A stretch of DNA of 64,000 nt from Eledone cirrhosa. Lineage: Eukaryota. Position 1 is the stretch's first letter; every line of letters begins with the position of its first letter. The DNA lies in contig OZ024740.1 of the NCBI GenBank assembly GCA_964016885.1, forward strand, positions 23,498,001 to 23,562,000, in the 5' to 3' direction. The notes under the pieces are model-generated. The model worked only from the letters and a program-made list of their open reading frames with translations, did no database searches and was not told where the DNA came from. Made by a program: the position numbers and the translations under genes. This document shows, piece by piece, positions 1 to 15,000 of the stretch.

Positions 1-3000
1 CGTGATGCTGTTTGCTGTCATTGTTGTTGGTGTTGTTAGTGTTGTTGGTCGTGATGATGTTTGCTGTCATTGTTGTTGGTGTTGTTGTTAGTCTTGTTGG
101 TCGTGATGCTGTTTGCTGTCATTGTTGTTGGTGTTGTTGTTAGTGTTGTTGGTCGTGATGCTGTTTGCTGTCATTGTTGTTGGTGTTGTTAGTGTTGTTG
201 GTCGTGATGCTGTTTGCTGTCATTGTTGTTGGTGTTGTTAGTGTTGTTGGTCGTGATGCTGTTTGCTGTCAATGTTGTTGGTGTTGTTGTTAGTGTTGTT
301 GATCGTGATGCTGTTTGCTGTCATTGTTGTTGGTGTTGTTGTTAGTGTTGTTGATCGTGATGCTGTTTGCTGTCAATGTTGTTGGTGTCGTCGTTAGTGT
401 TGTTGATCGTGATGCTGTTTGCTGTCATTGTTGTTGGTGTTGTTGTTAGTGTTGTTGGTCGTGATGCTGTTTGCTGTCATTGTTGTTGGTGTTGTTGTTA
501 GTGTTGTTGATCGTGATGCTGTTTGCTGTCATTGTTGTTGGTGTTGTTGTTAGTGTTGTTGGTCGTGATGCTGTTTGCTGTCATCGTTGTTGGTGTTGTT
601 GTTAGTGTTGTTGGTCGTGATGCTGTTTGCTGTCATTGTTGTTGGTGTTGTTGTTAGTGTTGTTGGTCGTGATGCTGTTTGCTGTCATTGTTGTTGGTGT
701 TGTTGTTAGTGTTGTTGGTCGTGATGCTGTTTGATGTCATTGTTGTTGGTGTTGTTGTTAGTGTTGTTGGTCGTGATGCTGTTTGCTGTCATTGTTGTTG
801 GTGTTGTTGTTAGTGTTGTTGGTCGTGATGCTGTTTGCTGTCATTGTTGTTGGTGTTGTTGTTAGTGTTGTTGGTCGTGATGCTGTTTGCTGTCATTGTT
901 GTTGGTGTTGTTGTTAGTGTTGTTGGTCGTGATGCTGTTTGCTGTCATTGTTGTTGGTGTTGTTGTTAGTGTTGTTGGTCGTGATGCTGTTTGCTGTCAT
1001 TGTTGTTGGTGTTGTTGTTAGTGTTGTTGGTCGTGATGCTGTTTGCTGTCATTGTTGTTGGTGTTGTTGATAGTGTTGTTGGTCGTGATGCTGTTTGCTG
1101 TCATTGTTGTTGGTGTTGTTGTTAGTGTTGTTGGTCGTGATGCTGTTTGCTGTCATTGTTGTTGGTGTTGTTGTTAGTGTTGTTGGTCGTGATGCTGTTT
1201 GTGTCATTGTTGTTGGTGTTGTTGTTAGTGTTGTTGGTCGTGATGCTGTTTGCTGTCATTGTTGTTGGTGTTGTTGTTAGTGTTGTTGGTCGTGATGCTG
1301 TTTGCTGTCATTGTTGTTGGTGTTGTTGTTAGTGTTGTAGGTCGTGATGCTGTTTGCTGTCATTGTTGTTGGTGTTGTTGTTAGTGTTGTTGGTCGTGAT
1401 GCTGTTTGCTGTCATTGTTGTTGGTGTTGTTGTTAGTGTTGTTGGTCGTGATGCTGTTTGCTGTCATTGTTGTTGGTGTTGTTGTTAGTGTTGTTGGTCG
1501 TGTTGCTGTTTGCTCTCATTGTTGTTGGTGTTGTTGTTAGTGTTGTTGGTCGTGTTGCTGTTTGCTGTCATTGTTGTTGGTGTAATTGTTAGTGTTGTTG
1601 GTCGTGTTGCTGTTTGCTGTCAATGTTGTTGGTGTTGTTGTTAGTGTTGTTGGTCGTGATGCTGATTGCTGTCATTGTTGTTGGTGTTGTTGTTAGTGTT
1701 GTTGGTCGTGTTGCTGTTTGCTGTCATTGTTGTTGGTGTTGTTGTTAGTGTTGTTGGTCGTGTTGCTGTTTGCTGTCATTGTTGTTGGTGTAATTGTTAG
1801 TGTTGTTGGTCGTGTTGCTGTTTGCTGTCAATGTTGTTGGTGTTGTTGTTAGTGTTGTTGGTCGTGATGCTGTTTGCTGTCATTGTTGTTGGTGTTGTTG
1901 TTAGTGTTGTTGGTCGTGATGCTGTTTGCTGTCATTGTTGTTGGTGTTGTTGTTAGTGTTGTTGGTCGTGATGCTGTTTGCTGTCATTGTTGTTGGTGTT
2001 GTTGTTAGTGTTGTTGGTCGTGATGCTGTTTGCTGTCATTGTTGTTGGTGTTGTTGTTAGTGTTGTTGGTCGTGATGCTGTTTGCTGTCATTGTTGTTGG
2101 TGTTGTTGTTAGTGTTGTTGGTCGTGATGCTGTTTGCTGTCATTGTTGTTGGTGTTGTTGTTAGTGTTGTTGGTCGTGATGCTGTTTGCTGTCATTGTTG
2201 TTGGTGTTGTTGTTAGTGTTGTTGGTCGTGATGCTGTTTGCTGTCATTGTTGTTGGTGTTGTTGTTAGTGTTGTTGGTCGTGTTGCTGTTTGCTGTCATT
2301 GTTGTTGGTGTTGTTGTTAGTGTTGTTGGTCGTGATGCTGTTTGCTGTCATTGTTGTTGGTGTTGTTGTTAGTGTTGTTGGTCGTGATGCTGTTTGCTGT
2401 CATTGTTGTTGGTGTTGTTGTTAGTGTTGTTGGTCGTGATGCTGTTTGCTGTCATTGTTGTTGGTGTTGTTGTTAGTGTTGTTGGTCGTGATGCTGTTTG
2501 CTGTCATTGTTGTTGGTGTTGTTGTTAGTGTTGTTGGTCGTGTTGCTGTTTGCTGTCATTGTTGTTGGTGTTGTTGTTAGTGTTGTTGGTCGTGATGCTG
2601 TTTGCTGTCATTGTTGTTGGTGTTGTTGTTAGTGTTGTTGGTCGTGTTGCTGTTTGCTGTCATTGTTGTTGGTGTTGTTGTTAGTGTTGTTGGTCGTGAT
2701 GCTGTTTGCTGTCAATGTTGTTGGTGTTGTTGTTAGTGTTGTTGGTCGTGATGCTGTTTGCTGTCATTGTTGTTGGTGTTGTTGTTAGTGTTGTTGGTCG
2801 TGATGCTGTTTGCTGTCATTGTTGTTGGTGTTGTTGTTAGTGTTGTTGGCCGTGATGCTGTTTGCTGTCATTGTTGTTGGTGTTATTGTTAGTGTTGTTG
2901 ATCGTGATGCTGTTTGCTGTCATTGTTGTTGGTGTTGTTAGTGTTGTTGGTCGTGATGATGTTTGCTGTCATTGTTGTTGGTGTTGTTGTTAGTGTTGTT

Positions 3001-6000
3001 GGTCGTGATGCTGTTTGCTGTCATTGTTGTTGGTGTTGTTGTTAGTGTTGTTGGTCGTGATGCTGTTTGCTGTCATTGTTGTTGGTGTTGTTAGTGTTGT
3101 TGGTCGTGATGCTGTTTGCTGTCATTGTTGTTGGTGTTGTTAGTGTTGTTGGTCGTGATGCTGTTTGCTGTCAATGTTGTTGGTGTTGTTGTTAGTGTTG
3201 TTGATCGTGATGCTGTTTGCTGTCATTGTTGTTGGTGTTGTTGTTAGTGTTGTTGATCGTGATGCTGTTTGCTGTCAATGTTGTTGGTGTCGTCGTTAGT
3301 GTTGTTGATCGTGATGCTGTTTGCTGTCATTGTTGTTGGTGTTGTTGTTAGTGTTGTTGGTCGTGATGCTGTTTGATGTCATTGTTGTTGGTGTTGTTGT
3401 TAGTGTTGTTGATCGTGATGCTGTTTGCTGTCATTGTTGTTGGTGTTGTTGTTAGTGTTGTTGGTCGTGATGCTGTTTGCTGTCATCGTTGTTGGTGTTG
3501 TTGTTAGTGTTGTTGGTCGTGATGCTGTTTGCTGTCATTGTTGTTGGTGTTGTTGTTAGTGTTGTTGGTCGTGATGCTGTTTGCTGTCATTGTTGTTGGT
3601 GTTGTTGTTAGTGTTGTTGGTCGTGATGCTGTTTGATGTCATTGTTGTTGGTGTTGTTGTTAGTGTTGTTGGTCGTGATGCTGTTTGCTGTCATTGTTGT
3701 TGGTGTTGTTGTTAGTGTTGTTGGTCGTGATGCTGTTTGCTGTCATTGTTGTTGGTGTTGTTGTTAGTGTTGTTGGTCGTGATGCTGTTTGCTGTCATTG
3801 TTGTTGGTGTTGTTGTTAGTGTTGTTGGTCGTGATGCTGTTTGCTGTCATTGTTGTTGGTGTTGTTGTTAGTGTTGTTGGTCGTGATGCTGTTTGCTGTC
3901 ATTGTTGTTGGTGTTGTTGTTAGTGTTGTTGGTCGTGATGCTGTTTGCTGTCATTGTTGTTGGTGTTGTTGATAGTGTTGTTGGTCGTGATGCTGTTTGC
4001 TGTCATTGTTGTTGGTGTTGTTGTTAGTGTTGTTGGTCGTGATGCTGTTTGCTGTCATTGTTGTTGGTGTTGTTGTTAGTGTTGTTGGTCGTGATGCTGT
4101 TTGTGTCATTGTTGTTGGTGTTGTTGTTAGTGTTGTTGGTCGTGATGCTGTTTGCTGTCATTGTTGTTGGTGTTGTTGTTAGTGTTGTTGGTCGTGATGC
4201 TGTTTGCTGTCATTGTTGTTGGTGTTGTTGTTAGTGTTGTAGGTCGTGATGCTGTTTGCTGTCATTGTTGTTGGTGTTGTTGTTAGTGTTGTTGGTCGTG
4301 ATGCTGTTTGCTGTCATTGTTGTTGGTGTTGTTGTTAGTGTTGTTGGTCGTGATGCTGTTTGCTGTCATTGTTGTTGGTGTTGTTGTTAGTGTTGTTGGT
4401 CGTGATGCTGTTTGCTGTCATTGTTGTTGGTGTTGTTGTTAGTGTTGTTGGTCGTGATGCTGTTTGCTGTCATTGTTGTTGGTGTTGTTGTTAGTGTTGT
4501 TGGTCGTGATGCTGTTTGCTGTCATTGTTGTTGGTGTTGTTGTTAGTGTTGTTGGTCGTGATGCTGTTTGCTGTCATTGTTGTTGGTGTTGTTGTTAGTG
4601 TTGTTGGTCGTGATGCTGTTTGATGTCATTGTTGTTGGTGTTGTTGTTAGTGTTGTTGGTCGTGTTGCTGTTTGCTGTCATTGTTGTTGGTGTTGTTGTT
4701 AGTGTTGTTGGTCGTGATGCTGTTTGCTGTCATTGTTGTTGGTGTTATTGTTAGTGTTGTTGGTTGTGTTGCTGTTTGCTGTCAATGTTATTGGTGTTGT
4801 TGTTAGTGTTGTTGGTCGTGATGCTGTTTGCTGTCATTGTTGTTGGTGTTGTTGTTAGTGTTGTTGGTCGTGTTGCTGTTTGCTGTCAATGTTGTTGGTG
4901 TTGTTGTTAGTATTGTTGGTCGTGATGCTGTTTGCTGTCATTGTTGTTGGTGTTGTTGTTAGTGTTGTTGGTCGTGTTGCTGTTTGCTGTCAATGTTGTT
5001 GGTGTTGTTGTTAGTATTGTTGGTCGTGATGCTGTTTGCTGTCATTGTTGTTGGTGTTGTTGTTAGTGTTGTTGGTCGTGATGCTGTTTGCTGTCATTGT
5101 TGTTGTTGTTATTGTTAGTGTTGTTGGTTGTGTTGCTGTTTGCTGTCAATGTTATTGGTGTTGTTGTTAGTGTTGTTGGTCGTGATGCTGTTTGCTGTCA
5201 TTGTTGTTGGTGTTGTTGTTAGTGTTGTTGGTCGTGATGCTGTTTGATGTCATTGTTGTTGGTGTTGTTGTTAGTGTTGTTGGTCGTGATGCTGTTTGCT
5301 GTCATTGTTGTTGGTGTTATTGTTAGTGTTGTTGGTTGTGTTGCTGTTTGCTGTCAATGTTATTGGTGTTGTTGTTAGTGTTGTTGGTCGTGATGCTGTT
5401 TGCTGTCATTGTTGTTGGTGTTGTTGTTAGTGTTGTTGGTCGTGTTGCTGTTTGCTGTCAATGTTGTTGGTGTTGTTGTTAGTATTGTTGGTCGGGATGC
5501 TGTTTGCTGTCATTGTTGTTGGTGTTGTTGTCAGTGTTGTTGGTCGTGATGCTGTTTGCTGTCATTGTTGTTGGTGTTATTGTTAGTGTTGTTGATCGTG
5601 ATGCTGTTTGCTGTCATTGTTGTTGGTGTTATTGTTAGTGTTGTTGGTCGTGATGCTGTTTGCTGTCATTGTTGTTGGTGTTGTTGTTAGTGTTGTTGGT
5701 CGTGATGCTGTTTGCTGTCATTGTTGTTAGTGTTGTTGTTAGTGTTGTTGATCGTGATGCTGTCTGCTGTCATTGTTGTTGGTGTTATTGTTAGTGTTGT
5801 TGGTCGTGATGCTGTTTGCTGTCAATGTTATTGGTGTTATTGTTAGTGTTGTTGGTCGTGATGCTGTTTACTGTCAATGTTATTGGTGTTGTTGTTAGTG
5901 TTGTTGGTCGTGATGCTGTTTGCTGTCATTGTTGTTTCTTGTTATTGTTAGTGTTGTTGGTCGTGATGCTGTTTGCTGTCATTGTTGTTGGTGTTATTGT

Positions 6001-9000
6001 TAGTGTTGTTGGTCGTGATGCTGTTTGCTGTCAATGTTATTGGTGTTGTTGTTAGTGTTGTTGGTCGTGATGCTGTTTGCTGTCATTGTTGTTGGTGTTA
6101 TTGTTAGTGTTGTTGGTCGTGATGCTGTTTGCTGTCATTGTTGTTGGTGTTATTGTTAGTGTTGTTGGTCGTGATGCTGTTTGCTGTCAATGTTATTGGT
6201 GTTGTTGTTAGTGTTGTTGGTCGTGATGCTGTTTGCTGTCATTGTTGTTGGTGTTATTGTTAGTGTTGTTGGTCGTGATGCTGTTTGCTGTCAATGTTAT
6301 TGGTGTTGTTGTTAGTGTTGTTGGTCGTGATGCTGTTTGCTGTCATTGTTGTTGGTGTTATTGTTAGTGTTGTTGGTCGTGATGCTGTTTGCTGTCATTG
6401 TTGTTGGTGTTATTGTTAGTGTTGTTGGTCGTGATGCTGTTTGCTGTCATTGTTGTTGGTGTTGTTGTTAGTGTTGTTGATCGTGATGCTGTTTGCTGTC
6501 AATGTTGTTGGTGTTGTTGTTAGTGTTGTTGATCGTGATGCTGTTTGCTGTCATTGTTGTTGGTGTTATTGTTAGTGTTGTTGGTCGTGATGCTGTTTGC
6601 TGTCATTGTTGTTGGTGTTGTTGTTAGTGTTGTTGATCGAGATGCTGTTTGCTGTCAATGTTGTTGGTGTTGTTGTTAGTGTTGTTGGTCGTGATGCTGT
6701 TTGCTGTCATTGTTGTTGGTTTTGTTGTTTGTGTTGTTGATCGTGATGCTGTTTGCTGTCAATGTTGTTGGTGTTGTTGTTTGTGTTGTTGATCGTGATG
6801 CTGTTTGCTGTAATTGTTGTTGGTGTTGTTGTTAGTGTTGTTGGTCGTGATGCTGTTTGCTGTAATTGTTGTTGGTGTTGTTGTTAGTGTTGTTGATCGA
6901 GATGCTGTTTGCTGTCAATGTTGTTGGTGTTGTTGTTAGTGTTGTTGGTCGTGATGCTGTTTGCTGTAATTGTTGTTGGTGTTGTTGTTAGTGTTGTTGG
7001 TCGTGATGCTGTTTGCTGTAATTGTTGTTGGTGTTGTTGTTAGTGTTGTTGGTCGTGATGCTGTTTGCTGTAATTGTTGTTGGTGTTGTTGTTAGTGTTG
7101 TTGGTCGTGATGCTGTTTGCTGTCATTGTTGTTGGTGTTGTTGTTAGTGTTGTTGGTCGTGATGCTGTTTGCTGTAATTGTTATTGGTGTTGTTGTTAGT
7201 GTTGTTGATCGTGATGCTGTTTGCTGTCATTGTTGTTGGTGTTGTTGTTAGTGTTGTTGATCGTGATGCTGTTTGCTGTCAATGTTGTTGGTGTTATTGT
7301 TAGTGTTGTTGATCGTGATGCTGTTTGCTGTCATTGTTGTTGGTGTTGTGTTAGTGTTGTTGGTCGTGATGCTGTTTGCTGTCATTGTTGTTGGTGTTGT
7401 TGTTAGTGTTGTTGATCGTGATGCTGTTTGCTGTCATTGTTGTTGGTGTTGTTGTTAGTGTTGTTGGTCGTGATGCTGTTTGCTGTCATTGTTGTTGGTG
7501 TTGTTGTTAGTGTTGTTGGTGTTGTTGTTAGTGTTGTTGATCGTGATGCTGTTTGCTTTCATTGTTGTTGGTGTCGTCGTTAGTGTTGTTGATCGTGATG
7601 CTGTTTGCTGTCATTGTTGTTGGTGTTGTTGTTAGTGTTGTTGGTCGTGATGCTGTTTGCTGTCATTGTTGTTGGTGTTGTTGTTAGTGTTGTTGGTCGT
7701 GATGCTGTTTGCTGTCATTGTTGTTGGTGTTGTTGTTAGTGTTGTTGGTCGTGATGCTGTTTGCTGTCATTTTTGTTGGTGTTGTTGTTAGTGTTGTTGG
7801 TCGTGATGCTGTTTGCTGTCATTGTTGTTGGTGTTGTTGTTAGTGTTGTTGGTGTTGTTGTTAGTGTTGTTGATCGTGATGCTGTTTGCTTTCATTGTTG
7901 TTGGTGTTGTTGTTAGTGTTGTTGGTCGTGATGCTGTTTGCTGTCATTGTTGTTGGTGTTGTTGTTAGTGTTGTTGATCGTGATGCTGTTTGCTGTCATT
8001 GTTGTTGGTGTTGTTAGTGTTGTTGGTCGTGATGATGTTTGCTGTCATTGTTGTTGGTGTTGTTGTTAGTGTTGTTGGTCGTGATGCTGTTTGCTGTCAT
8101 TGTTGTTGGTGTTGTTGTTAGTGTTGTTGGTCGTGATGCTGTTTGCTGTCATTGTTGTTGGTGTTGTTAGTGTTGTTGGTCGTGATGCTGTTTGCTGTCA
8201 TTGTTGTTGGTGTTGTTAGTGTTGTTGGTCGTGATGCTGTTTGCTGTCATTGTTGTTGGTGTTGTTGTTAGTGTTGTTGGTCGTGATGCTGTTTGCTGTC
8301 ATTGTTGTTGGTGTTGTTGATCGTGATGATGTTTGCTGTCAATGTTGTTGGTGTTGTTGTTAGTGTTGTTGATCGTGATGCTGTTTGCTGTCAATGTTGT
8401 TGGTGTTGTTGTTAGTGTTGTTGATCGTGATGCTGTTTGCTGTCATTGTTGTTGGTGTCGTCGTTAGTGTTGTTGATCGTGATGCTGTTTGCTGTCATTG
8501 TTGTTGGTGTTGTTGTTAGTGTTGTTGATCGTGATGCTGTTTGCTGTCATTGTTGTTGGTGTTGTTGTTAGTGTTGTTGATCGTGATGCTGTTTGCTGTC
8601 AATGTTGTTGGTGTCGTCGTTAGTGTTGTTGATCGTGATGCTGTTTGCTGTCATTGTTGTTGGTGTTGTTGTTAGTGTTGTTGATCGTGATGCTGTTTGC
8701 TGTCATTGTTGTTGGTGTTGTTGTTAGTGTTGTTGATCGTGATGCTGTTTGCTGTCATTGTTGTTGGTGTTGTTGTTAGTGTTGTTGATCGTGATGCTGT
8801 TTGCTGTCAATGTTGTTGGTGTCGTCGTTAGTGTTGTTGATCGTGATGCTGTTTGCTGTCATTGTTGTTGGTGTTGTTGTTAGTGTTGTTGATCGTGATG
8901 CTGTTTGCTGTCAATGTTGTTGGTGTCGTCGTTAGTGTTGTTGATCGTGATGCTGTTTGCTGTCATTGTTGTTGGTGTTGTTGTTAGTGTTGTTGATCGT

Positions 9001-12000
9001 GATGCTGTTTGCTGTCAATGTTGTTGGTGTCGTCGTTAGTGTTGTTGGTCGTGATGCTGTTTGCTGTCATTGTTGTTGGTGTTGTTGTTAGTGTTGTTGA
9101 TCGTGATGCTGTTTGCTGTCATTGTTGTTGGTGTTGTTGTTAGTGTTGTTGGTCGTGATGCTATTTGCTGTCATTGTTGTTGGTGTTGTTGTTAGTGTTG
9201 TTGGTCGTGATGCAGTTTGCTGTCATTGTTGTTGGTGTTGTTGTTAGTGTTGTTGATCGTGATGCTGTTTGCTGTCAATGTTGTTGGTGTCGTCGTTAGT
9301 GTTGTTGATCGTGATGCTGTTTGCTGTCATTGTTGTTGGTGTTGTTGTTAGTGTTGTTGGTCGTGATGCTGTTTGCTGTCATTGTTGTTGGTGTTGTTGT
9401 TAGTGTTGTAGATCGTGATGCTGTTTGCTGTCATTGTTGTTGGTGTTGTTGTTAGTGTTGTTGATCGTGATGCTGTTTGCTGTCATTGTTGTTGGTGTCG
9501 TCGTTAGTGTTGTTGATCGTGATGCTGTTTGCTGTCAATGTTGTTGGTGTCGTCGTTAGTGTTGTTGGTCGTGATGCTGTTTGCTGTCATTGTTGTTGGT
9601 GTCGTCGTTAGTGTTGTTGATCGTGATGCTGTTTGCTGTCATTGTTGTTGGTGTCGTCGTTAGTGTTGTTGATCGTGATGCTGTTTGCTGTCAATGTTGT
9701 TGGTGTTGTTGTTAGTGTTGTTGATCGTGATGCTGTTTGCTGTCATTGTTGTTGGTGTTGTTAGTGTTGTTGATCGTGATGCTGTTTGCTGTCATTGTTG
9801 TTGGTGTTGTTGTTAGTGTTGTTGATCGTGATGCTGTTTGCTGTCATTGTTGTTGGTGTTGTTGTTAGTGTTGTTGATCGTGATGCTGTTTGCTGTCATT
9901 GTTGTTGGTGTTGTTGTTAGTGTTGTTGATCGTGATGCTGTTTGCTGTCATTGTTGTTGGTGTTGTTGTTAGTGTTGTTGATCGTGATGCTGTTTGCTGT
10001 CATTGTTGTTGGTGTCGTCGTTAGTGTTGTTGATCGTGATGCTGTTTGCTGTCATTGTTGTTGGTGTTGTTAGTGTTGTTGATCGTGATGCTGTTTGCTG
10101 TCATTGTTGTTGGTGTTGTTGTTAGTGTTGTTGGTCGTGATGCTGTTTGCTGTCAATGCTGTTGGTGTCGTCGTTAGTGTTGTTGATCGTGATGCTGTTT
10201 GCTGTCAATGTTGTTGGTGTCGTCGTTAGTGTTGTTGATCGTGATGCTGTTTGCTGTCATTGTTGTTGGTGTTGTTAGTGTTGTTGATCGTGATGCTGTT
10301 TGCTGTCATTGTTGTTGGTGTTGTTGTTAGTGTTGTTGGTCGTGATGCTGTTTGCTGTCAATGCTGTTGGTGTCGTCGTTAGTGTTGTTGATCGTGATGC
10401 TGTTTGCTGTCAATGTTGTTGGTGTCGTCGTTAGTGTTGTTGATCGTGATGCTGTTTGCTGTCAATGTTGTTGGTGTTGTTGTTAGTGTTGTTGATCGTG
10501 ATGCTGTTTGCTGTCATTGTTGTTGGTGTTGTTGTTAGTGTTGTTGATCGTGATGCTGTTTGCTGTCAATGCTGTTGGTGTCGTCGTTAGTGTTGTTGAT
10601 CGTGATGCTGTTTGCTGTCAATGTTGTTGGTGTCGTCGTTAGTGTTGTTGATCGTGATGCTGTTTGCTGTCATTGTTGTTGGTGTTGTTAGTGTTGTTGA
10701 TCGTGATGCTGTTTGCTGTCATTGTTGTTGGTGTTGTTGTTAGTGTTGTTGATCGTGATGCTGTTTGCTGTCATTGTTGTTGGTGTTGTTGTTAGTGTTG
10801 TTGATCGTGATGCTGTTTGCTGTCATTGTTGTTGGTGTTGTTGTTAGTGTTGTTGATCGTGATGCTGTTTGCTGTCATTGTTGTTGGTGTTGTTGTTAGT
10901 GTTGTTGATCGTGATGCTGTTTGCTGTCATTGTTGTTGGTGTTGTTAGTGTTGTTGATCGTGATGCTGTTTGCTGTCATTGTTGTTGGTGTTGTTGTTAG
11001 TGTTGTTGATCGTGATGCTGTTTGCTGTCATTGTTGTTGGTGTTGTTGTTAGTGTTGTTGATCGTGATGCTGTTTGCTGTCATTGTTGTTGGTGTTGTTG
11101 TTAGTGTTGTTGATCGTGATGCTGTTTGCTGTCATTGTTGTTGGTGTTGTTGTTAGTGTTGTTGATCGTGATGCTGTTTGCTGTCATTGTTGTTGGTGTT
11201 GTTGTTAGTGTTGTTGATCGTGATGCTGTTTGCTGTCATTGTTGTTGGTGTTGTTGTTAGTGTTGTTGATCGTGATGCTGTTTGCTGTCATTGTTGTTGG
11301 TGTTGTTGTTAGTGTTGTTGATCGTGATGCTGTTTGCTGTCATTGTTGTTGGTGTTGTTGTTAGTGTTGTTGATCGTGATGCTGTTTGCTGTCATTGTTG
11401 TTGGTGTTGTTGTTAGTGTTGTTGATCGTGATGCTGTTTGCTGTCATTGTTGTTGGTGTTGTTGTTAGTGTTGTTGATCGTGATGCTGTTTGCTGTCATT
11501 GTTGTTGGTGTTGTTAGTGTTGTTGATCGTGATGCTGTTTGCTGTCATTGTTGTTGGTGTTGTTGTTAGTGTTGTTGATCGTGATGCTGTTTGCTGTCAT
11601 TGTTGTTGGTGTTGTTGTTAGTGTTGTTGATCGTGTTGCTGTTTGCTGTCATTGTTGTTGGTGTCGTCGTTAGTGTTGTTGATCGTGATGCTGTTTGCTG
11701 TCATTGTTGTTGGTGTTGTTGTTAGTGTTGTTGATCGTGATGCTGTTTTCTGTCATTGTTGTTGGTGTCGTCGTTAGTGTTGTTGATCGTGATGCTGTTT
11801 GCTGTCATTGTTGTTGGTGTTGTTGTTAGTGTTGTTGGTCGTGATGCTGTTTGCTGTCATTGTTGTTGGTGTTGTTGTTAGTGTTGTTGATCGTGATGCT
11901 GTTTGCTGTCATTGTTGTTGGTGTTGTTGTTAGTGTTGTTGATCGTGTTGCTGTTTGCTGTCATTGTTGTTGGTGTCGTCGTTAGTGTTGTTGATCGTGA

Positions 12001-15000
12001 TGCTGTTTGCTGTCATTGTTGTTGGTGTTGTTGTTAGTGTTGTTGGTCGTGATGCTGTTTGCTGTCATTGTTGTTGGTGTTGTTGTTAGTGTTGTTGATC
12101 GTGATGCTGTTTGCTGTCATTGTTGTTGGTGTTGTTGTTAGTGTTGTTGATCGTGTTGCTGTTTGCTGTCATTGTTGTTGGTGTCGTCGTTAGTGTTGTT
12201 GATCGTGATGCTGTTTGCTGTCATTGTTGTTGGTGTTGTTGTTAGTGTTGTTGGTCGTGATGCTGTTTGCTGTCATTGTTGTTGGTGTTGTTGTTAGTGT
12301 TGTTGATCGTGATGCTGTTTGCTGTCATTGTTGTTGGTGTTGTTGTTAGTGTTGTTGATCGTGTTGCTGTTTGCTGTCATTGTTGTTGGTGTCGTCGTTA
12401 GTGTTGTTGATCGTGATGCTGTTTGCTGTCATTGTTGTTGGTGTTGTTGTTAGTGTTGTTGGTCGTGATGCTGTTTGCTGTCATTGTTGTTGGTGTTGTT
12501 GTTAGTGTTGTTGATCGTGATGCTGTTTGCTGTCATTGTTGTTGGTGTTGTTGTTAGTGTTGTTGATCGTGTTGCTGTTTGCTGTCATTGTTGTTGGTGT
12601 CGTCGTTAGTGTTGTTGATCGTGATGCTGTTTGCTGTCATTGTTGTTGGTGTTGTTGTTAGTGTTGTTGATCGTGATGCTGTTTTCTGTCATTGTTGTTG
12701 GTGTCGTCGTTAGTGTTGTTGATCGTGATGCTGTTTGCTGTCATTGTTGTTGGTGTTGTTGTTAGTGTTGTTGGTCGTGATGCTGTTTGCTGTCATTGTT
12801 GTTGGTGTTGTTGTTAGTGTTGTTGATCGTGATGCTGTTTGCTGTCATTGTTGTTGGTGTTGTTAGTGTTGTTGATCGTGATGCTGTTTGCTGTCATTGT
12901 TGTTGGTGTTGTTGTTAGTGTTGTTGATCGTGATGCTGTTTGCTGTCATTGTTGTTGGTGTTGTTGTTAGTGTTGTTGATCGTGTTGCTGTTTGCTGTCA
13001 TTGTTGTTGGTGTCGTCGTTAGTGTTGTTGATCGTGATGCTGTTTGCTGTCATTGTTGTTGGTGTTGTTGTTAGTGTTGTTGATCGTGTTGCTGTTTGCT
13101 GTCATTGTTGTTGGTGTCGTCGTTAGTGTTGTTGATCGTGATGCTGTTTGCTGTCATTGTTGTTGGTGTTGTTGTTAGTGTTGTTGATCGTGATGCTGTT
13201 TTCTGTCATTGTTGTTGGTGTCGTCGTTAGTGTTGTTGATCGTGATGCTGTTTGCTGTCATTGTTGTTGGTGTTGTTGTTAGTGTTGTTGGTCGTGATGC
13301 TGTTTGCTGTCATTGTTGTTGGTGTTGTTGTTAGTGTTGTTGGTCGTGATGCTGTTTGCTGTCATTGTTGTTGGTGTTGTTGTTAGTGTTGTTGGTCGTG
13401 ATGCTGTTTGCTGTCATTGTTGTTGGTGTTGTTGTTAGTGTTGTTGGTCGTGATACTGTTTGCTGTCATTGTTGTTGGTGTTGTTGTTAGTGTTGTTGGT
13501 CCTGATGCTGTTTGCTGTCATTGTTGTTGGTGTTGTTGTTAGTGTTGTTGGTCGTGATGCTGTTTGCTGTCAATGTTATTGGTGTTATTGTTAGTGTTGT
13601 TGGTCGTGATGCTGTTTGCTGTCATTGTTGTTGGTGTTGTTGTTAGTGTTGTTGGTGTTGTTGTTAGTGTTGTTGATCGTGATGCTGTTTGCTTTCATTG
13701 TTGTTGGTGTTGTTGTTAGTGTTGTTGATCGTGATGCTGTTTGCTGTCATTGTTGTTGGTGTTGTTGTTAGTGTTGTTGGTCGTGATGCTGTTTGCTGTC
13801 ATTGTTGTTGGTGTTGTTGTTAGTGTTGTTGGTGTTGTTGTTAGTGTTGTTGATCGTGATGCTGTTTGCTTTCATTGTTGTTGGTGTTGTTGTTAGTGTT
13901 GTTGGTCGTGATGCTGTTTGCTGTCATTGTTGTTGGTGTTGTTGTTAGTGTTGTTGATCGTGATGCTGTTTGCTGTCATTGTTGTTGGTGTTGTTAGTGT
14001 TGTTGGTCGTGATGATGTTTGCTGTCATTGTTGTTGGTGTTGTTGTTAGTGTTGTTGGTCGTGATGCTGTTTGCTGTCATTGTTGTTGGTGTTGTTAGTG
14101 TTGTTGGTCGTGATGCTGTTTGCTGTCATTGTTGTTGGTGTTGTTAGTGTTGTTGGTCGTGATGCTGTTTGCTGTCATTGTTGTTGGTGTTGTTGTTAGT
14201 GTTGTTGGTCGTGATGCTGTTTGCTGTCATTGTTGTTGGTGTTGTTAGTGTTGTTGGTCGTGATGATGTTTGCTGTCATTGTTGTTGGTGTTGTTGTTAG
14301 TGTTGTTGGTCGTGATGCTGTTTGCTGTCATTGTTGTTGGTGTTGTTGATCGTGATGATGTTTGCTGTCAATGTTGTTGGTGTTGTTGTTAGTGTTGTTG
14401 ATCGTGATGCTGTTTGCTGTCAATGTTGTTGGTGTTGTTGTTAGTGTTGTTGATCGTGATGCTGTTTGCTGTCATTGTTGTTGGTGTCGTCGTTAGTGTT
14501 GTTGATCGTGATGCTGTTTGCTGTCATTGTTGTTGGTGTTGTTGTTAGTGTTGTTGATCGTGATGCTGTTTGCTGTCAATGTTGTTGGTGTCGTCGTTAG
14601 TGTTGTTGATCGTGATGCTGTTTGCTGTCATTGTTGTTGGTGTTGTTGTTAGTGTTGTTGGTCGTGATGCTATTTGCTGTCATTGTTGTTGGTGTTGTTG
14701 TTAGTGTTGTTGGTCGTGATGCAGTTTGCTGTCATTGTTGTTGGTGTTGTTGTTAGTGTTGTTGATCGTGATGCTGTTTGCTGTCATTGTTGTTGGTGTC
14801 GTCGTTAGTGTTGTTGATCGTGATGCTGTTTGCTGTCATTGTTGTTGGTGTTGTTGTTAGTGTTGTTGATCGTGTTGCTGTTTGCTGTCATTGTTGTTGG
14901 TGTCGTCGTTAGTGTTGTTGATCGTGTTGCTGTTTGCTGTCAATGTTGTTGGTGTCGTCGTTAGTGTTGTTGATCGTGATGCTGTTTGCTGTCAATGTTG